Shown: piece after piece, positions 32,701 to 47,511 of the stretch
Position numbering within the stretch: the first letter of the stretch is position 1
How the letters are laid out: the number at the start of each line of letters is the position of its first letter
Source: the human T2T-CHM13v2.0 reference genome, Homo sapiens
Length of the DNA: 64,000 nucleotides
Assembly: GCF_009914755.1 (NCBI RefSeq)
Contig: NC_060928.1
Reading direction: 5' to 3' (one strand)
Translations under genes and position numbers: made by a program
The notes under the pieces: generated by a model
Seen by the model: the letters and a program-made list of their open reading frames with translations, nothing else
The model's database searches: none
What the model was told of the DNA's origin: nothing

Positions 32701-34300
32701 CTGAAGCCTGAGGGTTCAAGGATTAAAGAATTATAACCCTTGTTCTGGACAATTTGGGTTTGGCTTTCTCACTGAAATCCTACAAATGTCTCCTACTAGG
32801 GACTACCTATTTCCATTAATATTATCTATTTTCTCCATCTGAAGGTGGTAAGTTCCAGTATCTGTTTTTGTCTTTCTGAGATCCTCCAGGGGTGCGATCC
32901 TCCAGGATCCTCCAGATCCTCCGGGACCTCTAGTATCGAATATCTTCCTGTGTCTTTCTACTCAGCTCTCAGTCACCCTCTCTCTAAGTTGGAGGACATT
33001 AGCAGCATTCTTAGAATTTCTTCAACCTACTCTTTTTCTTTAGTAAGGTTTTTGGAGAATGAGAATCTGTTGGGTGTCTTGTTGGATTCCATGGTATTTA
33101 TTTATCATACCTATTGTGAATATTCACAGCACTTGCTATAACATTTTGATGTATTTGATTATGTAGCACCACCCCTAACATGCCAAATGTAATGCAAAGT
33201 TTATACATACATTTTAAAATACGAACAAATCTGAATTTCTGACTTATGTTCTGTTTCCATTGCTTGACATTTACAGCATGAAGCTACTTCCCTTCCCTTG
33301 TTTGCTTGCTGCTGGTAAATTTGAGGCCATTTACTTTTTCTTTATTTAAAAAAAAAATCTTAACCCGAAAGACTGAGCTATGACTTCATATTAAGCTTTA
33401 TAGTACAAGGCAAAAAAATGAATTCAAAATAGAGAGTTATGTAAAACCAAGTGTATTCATTCAATGAGAGTTCATTTTTAACTCTCTTGCCATTATTTAC
33501 TGGGAACATAAATCTATTGTATTTTAACTTAAAAATGTAATTGTGCTCTAGATTCCAATTATCTTTCTTTTCTCAGCATTGTTATCAAACAAGTCTTAAA
33601 ATGGGAATTTCAGTGCTTTTTGAATGAATTAATGTATTTTAAAATTTTCCTATATTTTACATAAACACCGTTTTGGAATGTGACTTTTGATAAAAATATT
33701 CCTCCTCAGTGAAATGAACCATCCCTGCAACTCTTACAGCAAATATATATAGTTATGCTAGTTTTATCTCTTCCCTGATGGGAAAGCACACAATTATCTA
33801 TAAGATATTTCAGCCTGTAACTGTGTTTTATCCTTCTTTGAAGAACCCCCCCCCCAACACATGTCTGTGTGCACACCCAAAACAGTTTTAATATTACTAT
33901 AATAATATAGCAAAATGTTTGACGCTGGGTGCTATAAACTTTAATAAATGCAATGCAGTTTGAGAATCTTAACAAATTTCTAAGTGGGCTCTTAAAAAAC
34001 AGACTCTCAATACCTAAATCAGGATTACTAAAATGATTGCTGAAATGAAGTGTTTTATATTTCTATTGAGGAAGAAATATAAAATACAATATTATTATTA
34101 TATGAGAAGTTTGAAAGAAAATATTCATTATCTCAATGTTTTTGGACCAAAAAAAAAAAATCTTAGTAAAAGTAACGTAAATACAAAAAAGTCTTCATTT
34201 TGCTTAACATATAAACATTTTCAAGGAAATTAAACATATCTGGTAGTTTTTAAGAAAATTAAAACTAGAAAATTTGATCCAAATTGCATGTTCTTTTCAG

Positions 34301-34394
34301 GAGCACGGACTATTCTCTCATGTTGAATGTGGCACTTTTTACGTACAAGCAGGAGAGCAACTACACCAAGATTTTGGAAAACATGTTATGTAAG
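34301..34394 (+). other. Candidate 94-nt internal exon
   Basis: Acceptor tgttcttttcag|G, donor AAG|gtaaga; GC-richer than flanks; one frame open (STDYSLMLNVALFTYKQESNYTKILENMLCK). Confidence 0.4.
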
Positions 34395-34487
34395 GTAAGA
34401 TACTACTATTTCTAGTTTAGAAAACTGGAAATTATTTTCTATGAAGAAAAAGTAAGACTTCCAGTATTTAAAAAATTGACTAAATTT

Positions 34488-34774
34488 GGCCAGGCATGGT
34501 GGCTCACCCCTGTGATCCCAGCACTTTGGAAGGCCGAGGCAGGTGCATCACTTGAGGCCAGGAGTTCGAAACCAGCCTGGGCAACATGGCAAAACCCCGT
34601 CTTACTAAAAATGCAAAAAATTATCCAGATGTGGTAGTGTGTGCCTGTAGTCCCAGCGGCTTGGGAGGCTGAGGCACAAAAATTGCTTGAACCCCGGGGG
34701 GGTGGAGGTTGCAGTGAGCCAAGATCATGCCACTGCACTCCAGCCTGGGTGACAGGTGACCAAAAAAAAAAAAA
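34488..34774 (+). mobile_element. Alu (AluJ/S)
   Basis: Dimeric Alu with poly(A). Confidence 0.95.
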
Positions 34775-35418
34775 TTTGACTGCCTTTAATAACTATGGCA
34801 ATTACTGAAATTTATTAAAATATTTACTATCATCAAACATGTGCTACTGTTGTTAATCATATGTATTCTTTTGTTAAATACAGACATTGTAATAATACCC
34901 CAGACAATAGCAAAATGCTAACTATTCTTTACTTGTTTACCTATTCACCTAAATAAGAGCAAATTTACTAGTCTTCTATTTTACTTATGGGAAAAAAACC
35001 CATTATTTCCTTAAATGAAGTAAATCATCAATTAAATCAATAAAAGAACTGATAGTCTATAATCTTAGATCCCAGAATTTTTCCCTAGATACTTTTAGTT
35101 CTACTGGGAACTATAGTACAATAATATTTGAATATTATTAAATTATATTACTTATAAAATTATCAGCTTCAAGGTGTAGATTTTTATTGATCTGATTTTT
35201 ATTAGCTTAGGTAATAGTTTTCTGTCTTGTTTTTAATCTTTCTTAAGCCAAATTTTATCCCTAAATTAGAAATGTCCTAGAAAGGAGTCTCTCATGCTGA
35301 ACAGCTTTCTACTTTTCAAGAGGACAGCTACCCTTTCTTTACTTTCTGCCCACTTGTGCTAGTATCTGCTCATTGTGGGAGAAACACACAGTCACGCTGT
35401 GTTTAAAGTCATGCTCAT

Positions 35419-35580
35419 GGCCAGGCACAGTGGCTCATGCCTGTAATCTCAACATTTTGGGAGGCCAAGGCAAGAGGATCTCTTGAGCCCAGGAGTTTGA
35501 GACCAGCCTGGGCAATACAGTGAGATCCTATCTCTAAAAAAAAATTATAAAAATAAAAAAAAGAAAAAGGAAAAATAAAT
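35419..35580 (+). mobile_element. Alu monomer (FLAM-C-like)
   Basis: Left-arm sequence plus A tail; TSD taaagtcatg(c/a)tca. Confidence 0.9.
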
Positions 35581-35654
35581 AAAGTCATGATCACTAATCT
35601 CAAGTGGGCCCTTAGTGCTGTTGGCAATTATACTATTTTTCCCTAGTACTTTAA

Positions 35655-36026
<372 letters not shown>

Positions 36027-36189
36027 TCATGCATTTTCTATTTTCAAAACTCTAACATGTTCTTTCCCTTTCTCATTTTCAGTTTTTATTTTTAAAATCA
36101 GGAGAGAATTTCTGCAACATCCTATGACCACAGATCCCTACCCATCTGCATTGGGGCACTTACAGATCACCTTCTCTTCTGAACTTTGT

Positions 36190-36740
36190 ATGAAGTGACC
36201 ATGTCCCTCCTATCCCTTTCCATGTGCACAAGATCATGTCATCTCTAGCTTATTCAAAGACATTGCCTTAGCAATCTGCCCTTGCCTTCTGTTTCATCAG
36301 TTTCTAAGCAACAACTAGAAAGGCCAAAGCCTTACAGGACCAGTCTGGCCAAGGCATAGCTACAGCATCTTTCTCATCTGTCTAGCAGACAGTTTCTATT
36401 AGATCATTCCCACAAGTACATACAAGCAGACTTACATTTCTCACCTCACACTTTATAAAAAACAAACAACTCCCCAGGCACCCACTTCTCCTCTCCAGGT
36501 ACAGCCCCTTTGTTATCCTTTCCTCTACAACTAAACTTCTTAAGAGAAATTTCTATACTAGCTGTTTCCTAGTTCTTCCTCATTTTCTCTTGTGACTTCA
36601 CTCCAGTCAATCCAAGATAACCATTGACCTTTCTGGTGTCAAATCTAACATTTATTTTTCAGGCCATATCTTATTTCATCTTTCCACAACATCTGATACA
36701 GTTGATTCCTCTACTTCACCTTCTTCACTTTGCTTGAAGG
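36190..36740 (+). mobile_element. L2 fragment containing a templated insertion
   Basis: gatcattcccaca...catacaa, ccattgacctt...tcaaatctaa, tgatacagttgattcctct...ttgcttgaa L2-like motifs. Confidence 0.6.
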
Positions 36741-37321
36741 ACACCACAGAAATAGAACATGGCCAGACTCAGAAGTGCCCCTGGGACCCTCTTCCAATTA
36801 CCATCATTTTCCTTCTCTCCAAGTGAGCCACTTTCTAGCTTTTTATCATCATTACTTTCTTTCTCTTATAGCTTTTCCATTTCACCATGGATTCCTAAAA
36901 ATTATACTTGATTTTTGTCTGTTTTTTTTTGAGCTTTCTCTAAGGGATTATGCAAAAGACATTATTTTTGTGTCAGGCTTCTTTTATTCCACATCATATT
37001 TATGAGCTATATCTGCATTGAGAAGAACTATAGGAGTAATTTTCTTCACTTTATACTAGTTCATCAGAGGAAAATATCACAATATATTTATTCTACAGTT
37101 GATAGACACGTGAATTTGTCTGGGATCCAGTTCCTGGACCATTTCAGACTCGTGTTCTAGCCTGGCTTCCTAGCTGAGGTGTCTTAGGAATGGTGGTACT
37201 GTTCCTAGCTGCTGCTACAGATGGGAAGCCTTCTGTGCTATGCTGCCTGGTGAGAAAGATGCTGTAGCTATGCCCCAGCCAGATTGGTCCTGTAAGGCTT
37301 TGGCCTTTCCAGTTGTTGCTT
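36306..37321. repeat. 71-bp inverted repeat pair (36306-36376 / 37251-37321)
   Basis: Manual alignment gives 66/71 identity with no gaps. Confidence 0.92.
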
Positions 37322-37697
37322 GGAGAAATTGCTGACTCACCTTGGAAAAAGGAGGAGTTAACAGCTCATGGTGGATTTTGACCAATGGAAGATGGAGAAG
37401 AGGAAGAAGCTGAGGATAAATTATTTTCTTTTCCAATCACCAATAAACAGATACATGTGAAATGAGGTACTTAGATGGCCTCTTAGAAAACATCCTGGGA
37501 GATCAAGGCATCAGTTGCAATTGCTGTCAAATAAAGGCCAGTTCTGTTCCACTTCCCCTGTGTTTTCTCCTCTTCTTTCCATACCTAATTTGGGATTCCT
37601 TTTCGACTCACTCCTGTGTCTCTGGAGTCATACTCCTCAATAAAATGGGAGCACGTACACTTTTGACTAAGGCTCTGTTTTCTAGAAAGCCCAGAAA
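37115..37697 (+). mobile_element. ERVL LTR33/LTR16-like solo LTR
   Basis: 3' end cactcctgtgtctctggagtcatactcctcaataaaa...ggctctgttttctagaaagccc. Confidence 0.5.
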
Positions 37698-37705
37698 ATC
37701 CCTCC

Positions 37706-37878
37706 CAGGACCAGCTACATAGTTGGTTGGACCAAGTGCAATAAAAATACAGGGGCTTTTGCTCAACAATTATTAAGAATGTTAAGATTATGGCAGTAGA
37801 ACATTAAGCCAAGTGGAGCCCTTCTAAGCCCTGGGTCCTATGTGACCTCACAGGTCATGTGTCCATGAAGCTGACCTT
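37706..37878. mobile_element. MER45A-like hAT-Tip100 element
   Basis: caggaccagctacata...attattaagaat...cattaagccaag...cccttctaagc...catgaagctgacc. Confidence 0.7.
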
Positions 37879-38032
37879 CATTCCTCCCATTCAGCTCCCC
37901 ACAACCCCCAGTCCTCCAATTCTCCATACCCCTTCCTCAAGTCCTCCACTATTACTTGTTCATGTGTGCTGCTAGAAAATACCTATCATTTATCTATCCA
38001 TCTTTCTATCATCTCTATATGTGGATAGGTGC

Positions 38033-38063
<31 letters not shown>

Positions 38064-38216
38064 CAAACACTAGTTTTCAAAGATGAAGTGCTATTTTTAA
38101 AGGGACTCTATTATCCTGGGGAAAAATGTTTACGTATATTAGTGAGGAGGAATTTTTAATGATTAAGAAAGATTATGTCTGTTACACATACTACCATTTG
38201 ATATATGACAGCTTAA

Positions 38217-38983
<767 letters not shown>

Positions 38984-39235
38984 CAAACTTAATTATTTAA
39001 TATAGTCATATATAGATCACCCATATTACTGCTTTATTATTTTAAAATGATTTATTTGGGTGTTTATTAAGTCTTGATTAAGCACATTTACACACACATG
39101 TGTCACAATTCTTTGACAAGTTTAAGTTCAGTTCTTGGCACAGGTAGGCATCCCATAAATGGTATTATTCCTGCTTCCCTACCATAAGTCAGTAGCTTTT
39201 CCCATCTTTTTCTTTTCCTATCATTGCCCCCCTCC

Positions 39236-39818
<583 letters not shown>

Positions 39819-39952
39819 CCCCTTCCACCACTTTGGATTATAAGGTCTCTGAATACAGGCTTATGCATGCTACACTGTATCTTTACAGTAAAAAGAGCAG
39901 CGGTAGCTTCTTAATATGTACTTATAGATTGGAGGAAAAGTCTTTGGGATGA

Positions 39953-40171
<219 letters not shown>

Positions 40172-40879
40172 TAAGCCTAGATTGTTTATTAATAATTTAT
40201 GATCCTATTTATCACGAGCACTGCCTGGAAGTTTATAAGGAAAGCTGTACTATAAGGGAACAAACATTTACCTTGGCAATTCTATAGCGTGCCAGCCCAG
40301 GAAGACAGTCGCATACAAACCTTTGTGTGTCTGCCTTTGTTCCAGAAGATGAATTTATAATGGCCCTTCAGAGACAGAGATACTTTTTGCATTACTCTAT
40401 AGTTTTCTGCTTTCATCTGGGCAAATAATGTAAACTTAATACAACTTTCTTTGTCTTTTCTCCCAGGTTAATTGTGACCTCTATGATGGGTATATGATAA
40501 AGAAGAAAAGTACCTCACAGCGATGATTGGCATGTGATCACTTAGCCAATGAGATAAGAGGCTGTAGAAACGATGTGATAATGACATCTCCTGAGTTGCA
40601 GGTCCATATTAGAAGTGGATATGAAGTAAACATTGAGCTTTCCTCACATTTAATTAACAAGCTTTATTATAGATACAGCTCAAATTAGTTAATTCAGGAA
40701 GCTTATTTTGTAGAAATTAAAACATTAATAAACACATACATTTAGAAATAAAGAACTCGGCTGACCCTTTGACTCTTTGAAACAAGTGGCCTTCCATGCT
40801 GTGAAAGATTGTAGCCACTCTTTGAGACATTGGAATGGTGTCCATTGCATTTTATCAAGTTAACTATAGGTCAGCCTGG

Positions 40880-41239
40880 GAAATCTGCAGTTTCCTTATC
40901 TCCTGTCACTGTGGTTGCTGTGAGATTTTGTGTCATCACTGTGCTGTCTTCCCTCTCCACATGAAGGTGAGCTGTCTGGCTTCACTCTAACGTTTGTGAT
41001 TTCACGCCCGACCTGATTGTTGCCAAGCAATTCCTTTGTTTGGAGAATTCTGTGCTTTGTTTAGAATTTTTTAAAGGTTCTTTTCCTGTGGTCAGATTTC
41101 TGTTTGCTACTGTGTCTTATGCCTTGTTCTCCTACAGAGAAGATTCTTTGAAGTTAGTGGAAGCTCAGCTTAAAGGAAGATCTACTGCTCTGTGTGGTGG
41201 ATGACCATGGGGGAGCGAGAAGGCAGCCTCCGGCTTTTG

Positions 41240-41240
<1 letters not shown>
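40880..41240 (+). promoter_or_regulatory. Candidate promoter/enhancer with splice donor and acceptor
   Basis: ETS-like tttcct, GATA cttatct and RUNX tgtggtt within 40891-40916; two more tgtggt sites; donor AAG|gtgagc at 40966/7; acceptor ttctcctacag| at 41137. Confidence 0.3.

Positions 41241-41242
<2 letters not shown>

Positions 41243-41270
<28 letters not shown>
41243..41270. repeat. (TG)n microsatellite
   Basis: Direct reading. Confidence 0.95.
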
Positions 41271-44200
41271 ATGTACCTGGAAAAATAACACGATTAGGAT
41301 TAAAGAGTATGTTTGGCATGTTTAAAATAAATTGTAAACCAAACGTATTTTAAAGAATTTATACAAATTTGTCATTTAGTAAAATGAATGACTATTGAGT
41401 ATTCATGTCAATAAAACAACCACTTGAATACAACAAAGCATGCGTTGCGCATGTTTCTCCCACTGTTTTTCTCCATCTATAACCTCCCTACTCATCAGTT
41501 TGAGATTTTTTATATGGAATAAGTGTGGTTCTTGCAAGGAAATTATCTTTAGAATAAGGATAAAGTATTTAAGAATATGTACTTAAAACTTAGCAAACCC
41601 ATTGGAAAATGATCCAGAAAAATGGTATTCAGAGATAAAAATCAGAATGTGTTTGGGAGAAGAGCACTGACGAAGGTTGGTGTATGTGGCATGTAAATAA
41701 TACATTGATTTAGATGGACTTTTACTATGGGGGAAAGCTCATCAAGCCTCACGTAATGAGTTAGTGTCTACCCTTTTCTTTGAAAATTTCATTTTCATTA
41801 CAATGGGTTTTGGGCATTTGTACTTTGTTATCTCTTCAAGTTCATACAATTAAAATGGAACTCGACTTCTTTTGCTTGGAGATACTAAAAATTCTGTGCA
41901 GTGGAAGGAACTGTGACCTTTCTTAAATGGGTCCATCTTCTAGCTCAAAAAAATAATTCTTAGATGGTGCTTTAACGCCTAGTTTTAGTGCAAGACAGAT
42001 TGTCAGGGTAATAAATTAAAGGCACCTCACTGCAGCGCTGTTGGCCAATGTTCTACCACAGGCCCATATTAATATTTTATTCCCTTTAATATTATTACAT
42101 GATGCAGGCTTTATTTAAATGGATTTGATGGGTCTCTTGGTTGGCTTGACAACCAGAGGGAAAAATTAATGTTCTGCATTTAATCTCAGCTCAAGGCACT
42201 AAATTATTTTGGAGGTCAAAATTGTCATGCATATCATGCTAAATTATTGAATGTAATAACTATTAGCTAGCTGTCTACTTATGGGTTTTAAAAATTGTTT
42301 ACTTCATGCATCTTGAGCTAATTTTAAAGTAAATCCCTCTTTTAGTTTTTTCCCTCCTATATGCCACTATTATCTTAGCCCTTGCAATTGTGATAATATA
42401 ACTAATGGAAGATGCCAGGTGCCCTTCTTGTAAGTGAAATCTAACTGACTAAATGTTAATAAATCGCCAAAAGCATTCCTCCTTTTGCTGGTTCCATCTT
42501 CATATGAAGTTCAAGTATGTTAAGAGAAATAGTCATTTTGTTGTAATGGAAGCTATTATCTTATTTAAAAAAATCACATAATATTTTGCCAAAAAGAAAT
42601 ATTGATTACTAAAAGAATACAGTAAGCCATATTCTAATTATTTTAGGAATAATTGGAACAACATTAAAAAAGAAATGATGCTGTTGGATTTCTTTTTAAG
42701 AAATGATTTAATGGGAGATATGACAAATGAAATATAAAATGATGTATTTATTATTTACAGTGAAAATAACTCACATATCCTTGTCCAAGGTATGATCTTA
42801 AGAGGTGAATCAATGTCAACAGTATTATGAAATATTTAGGTTGTATAAGGATACAATTCTGGATTCTTGGACATTTGTGTAATGACTTGTAAGTAAGTGT
42901 GGCTTGAGAGTAGGCTTTTGTGTCTTTCTATATAAGAAAGGTGGTAAGGGGAAGTTTGAAGACACCTGTTATCCTGTACAGTTTCTGCCTCCTCTGGATT
43001 TTATCTTAACTAGAGCAAGCAATTCCTATGTATGAGGTTTTCTGGGGTTAAGCAGTTTTAGCTGGATTACTTAAAGTAACATCAGTCATGGCCAATGGGC
43101 CATGATGAAAAAAGAGCTTCAAATAAGAAGCTGATTTTTATTCCTGGTAATGAATGGTGATGTGCCAAAAAAAACCACAAAAACCTGCAGCTCTTTCAAC
43201 AGCAGGGTAACAGCTTCTGTGCATATGGAGAGTGAGCACTTGACAAGACTGGCTATTAGTGTACAAGCTGGACCTTATTGAAAGGGCTGAAGCAGCACTC
43301 TTTATGCCATCTTTCTTTCTGTCTTTCCTATCTTGCTTATAAATTACTCCATTCATCTAAGTGAAAGCTTTTGGATGACTGTTAGTGTGGAAATGGTGGG
43401 TCTGTCTAGTGACTCAAGATAGCTTCTTGGTGGCATCTAGTCAAGCAGAGATAGATGCAGGTGGCATCTAACAAGCAAGGAGTAGGTGAGGACCGCTCAG
43501 CCTCTGTCCTCATCAGCCACTGAGGTAAATCAAATGACTGATAACCAGGTAATAGGCAGGCTGAGGGTGCTGAGGTGAGGAAAACAGTTTAACTTCCCCA
43601 CCAGGTGCCTGACTTCCTGACAATAAACATCTAGGACCTATGCTGTGATAATGTCATTGGGAGGAGATATGTTTCCTTTTCTTTCTCTTCATCCAGTGAC
43701 TCAATTAATGCAAGAACAAAGCAAAACAAAATAAAAACATTTTCAACTAGTACTTGCTATGCTGGGGAAATGGAATAGAGGGTTGAATAAGACTTTGTTC
43801 CCTCCCTTGATGAGTGCATAGGCTACTGTCTTGCTTAATTTGTTGACCTGGTACATGTGGCTCTTTCAGAGGAATCCTTGGAGAAAGCATCAAAGGCAAT
43901 CAAACTAGGGAAACTAGGAAGGCTGTGTGGAGCAGAACAATGAGCCACTACAGAGATAGGACTTCATAACAGGATAGGAAAGATAGAGGAGATAGGAGGA
44001 TGTGTATCTCATCTTGGGACAGAGAGAGGCTACATTCAAGGTGTGAGAGGTTTTGAGATGAGGATTAAAGAGGATGTCAGCGCTTGGTGAATTAGAAGTA
44101 GATAAGTCTTTTTATTTGTTTGTTTATCTTTTGGGGTTTATGAGTTTCTGAGACCTAAGTATTTTCATAGGTGACATTTTTGAGCTGGATGTTTTGACTT

Positions 44201-44360
44201 CTTTAAGATCTGTATTTGTATCTATCAATATAGTTATATAGATATATGTATAAAGATTCTCCTTGCTCTCCATCTCTCTTATTTAAAGCTGGACACATTT
44301 TATGCTTAGACAGAGTTTTAGGCTCATAAGAGCTGGGATGGGATAAAGAGACAAAGCAGC

Positions 44361-44610
44361 ATTTTGATACAGGGCCCCACTCTGTCACCCAGGCTGAAGT
44401 GCAGTGGTGCGATCATAGCTCATTGTAGCCTCAAACTTCTGGGCTCGAGTAATCCTCTTGCCACAGCCTCCCAAGTAGCCAGGACTACAGTTGCGTGCCA
44501 CCGTGCCTGGCTAATTTTTAAATATTTTTGTAGAGACAGGGTCTTGCTATTTACTCAACTAGTCTTGAACTCCTGGCCTCAAGCAATCCTCCTGCCTCAG
44601 CCTTCCAAGA
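44361..44610 (-). mobile_element. AluJ-like, truncated
   Basis: gatcatagctcattgtagcctcaaac...tgtagagacagggtcttgctat...ctcaagcaatcctcc. Confidence 0.9.
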
Positions 44611-44874
44611 CAGCTTTCTTTAAATGTTTCATGCTACTATCCCTTAACATCTGTACTCTCCAGAGGAAGAATAATATTATTACATTTTAGTGTAAAATAA
44701 ATAATTGGAGAAAAACACATTTAATTCTGTGACTAATGGCATTTGTAAGAAATCACTTTGTAGATTTTTAAAAAGTTCTTCCTTTAAAAATGTACTTTAA
44801 AAAGCAACACTCTCTCCTTATGCAATTAGGAAACATGTCACAACAATTTTTGTGCCAAAGCTTTATAAAAATAA

Positions 44875-45208
<334 letters not shown>

Positions 45209-46139
45209 CTTTGAAAAACTGTTATTGTTAAATGATGCCGCCCATAATCCTGCTGTCACCCTGAGATGTTTGTCTTCAGTAGATAAAAAAAGTAGAGATG
45301 CTAATCATTTTCTGTTATTTCTAGAAAAGCTCATTAGTAAATATGGAGTGACAATCTCTGGCTAGAAAAACAGAACAACCCCTGTTGTAAAGGATTCTAA
45401 ATTCTTTTAGTAGTTGCAAAATCATAATTGGCATATTAAATAATTGGGATCCGTGAACAGACTTCAGAGTTCTAGCAGGTATCTATGAAGAGAAGTAAAA
45501 GATTGAACCTCAAATAGGATAAAAGCTGTCACAATTAGTTTAGCCAGGTTTGATAACAGCTAAGGATGAGTGGGAGAAATATCATTTGTTCTTGAACATT
45601 TGCAGTGTATATGCTTTACTTATTGGATATCGAATAACTAGGTTAATCGGGTGTACTGAATTTGGTAGAGTACAATTTGGAAACAGGTTTATTTTTCTGC
45701 CTCTACTGCTTTTGTGGATGTCTCACTGTTATTTCTGGGTGACATCTTGTATGAAACCCATAGCTTTAAATACCTTTATAAATTTTAAAATGTCCAGTCT
45801 AGTCTAAATTAGAACTTTGTTTTCTTAAGCTCCTCTACCCATCTCTCTCACCTAAGCAAAGTAAGATCTGGTGCACTTCCATAAGCTCCTGTTTTTATAT
45901 CCTCTCTCCTCTGCCCTTTGTCTGGCTTCTCCAAGCAGGGTTGAGGAGCAGGGATTGAGGAGGAAAAGAAGACAGAAAATGTGGCAAAGCCCATTTTACT
46001 TACCTGGTGCTTTGTCTGGTGTTTCTAGCTCTTTCTTAATTTTCAAGTGACTTTTCTCATGGCAAGCCTTCTCTCATGGCTATAATAGTGGGCCCCTAGG
46101 GGGATGCAAAAGAAATTTCCACCCTTCTTAGCTTCCTCA

Positions 46140-46820
46140 CTGTATTAGGGAGGGCAAAGATTAGGCTGCTCTAACAAAGAGAACAAACACACAACAGCTT
46201 AAATCATGCATCCTTAATGGTAGTGAAAATTGGTTATTGGCAAAGGGGGAATGAAAAGCATCTTAGCTATTACAATGGTTTGTGGCCTTCTAACATCCAA
46301 TAAGGTCTAATTTCTTTGGATTTAATCTCTCTTGTTAGAAACATAATCAAATTAAAATAAAAAATTAATAGGATTAACCTTAAGTTTATTTATTTTCTTT
46401 TTCATGGAGCAATAATAAAAAAAATGATGAACATTTGCTTAAATAGGGATTTATTACTCTCTCACTTGATAGTCCAGCTTTGCCTGAAAAGATCATTTAG
46501 GGACCCGAGTTCTTTCCATCTCATTCTTCCACCAACCCCTAAGGTGTTAACCTGGTTTGCATGACCAAAAAGCTGTCATGGACATGTCTGTTTTTCAGAG
46601 AGAGAAGAGGAAAGAGGTGAATCCAGGACAAGCAACTTCATTTTAGCAAGTGAGGCAGAAGTTGCACCCATTACTTCTGTTACATTGCAATGATGATAAC
46701 TTAGTCATGTGGTTTCTTTTCATGGGAGGAGGCTGGGAAATATAATCTGAAGCTTGACAGTCACATGTCCAACAAGAAGGGAAAATAATTTTGTGGGGAC
46801 AACTAGTCATCTGCCATACT
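46140..46820 (-). mobile_element. Old MLT1-like LTR containing a ~230-bp hAT-type insert (46205-46436)
   Basis: tgtattag...ggctgctctaacaaa start; 8-bp direct repeat gcttaaat at 46197-46204 and 46437-46444. Confidence 0.5.
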
Positions 46821-47511
46821 GACCAAGAAAATGCACTCTTTGACCGCTTCTGACTCCCTTTCACTGTTGCCTTTCAGTGATATATCCCACACGGCCCCTT
46901 TCTGCTGTGGTCCCTCATCCTGCAGGCAGCTCTCTTGGGCAATATCCTTCGAAGACCATTCTAGCTGATCATGCAAAGTGTCTATATGGCCAAAGGAAGC
47001 TCATATAACCTTGCTGCATTATATGGCAGAGGGGCACTTTGATCTCATAACTGCATTCTCTTCTCTTTGCTCTGTGCATATGAATAGCTCCAGCTAGCCT
47101 GCTATCTTCAGAATTTCCAAATAAGAAGATGGCAAGTGTAAGGAGACATGTTAAGATCTTGTAGAAACTCTTTGGTTTTCTATTCTGTTAGCAGCAGAGG
47201 CAGGCCTTAGCATTTCTTTCAGGTAGGGAGAAAGATGCCTGGTGAGATGCAAGGCTCTTCTCTTGCAAACGTCTCCAGGCACGTAGAAGAGTTCTTTTTT
47301 TTAAAGCTTCCTCACTTGCCTTGGCAGCTGAAAAGCAACCCTATACTCTCTCCTATAAGAATAGTAAGAGAAATGCCAGAATGTGTTAAATTTTTTTTTT
47401 TTTTTGCTTCAAGGCATTATTCTTTCTGATCAGTTTCAAACATTTCAAATGATTCTTATAAAGAAGGGTAGGAGTGGGGTGGATCTATGTAACGAATGCT
47501 TTTTTTTTTTG

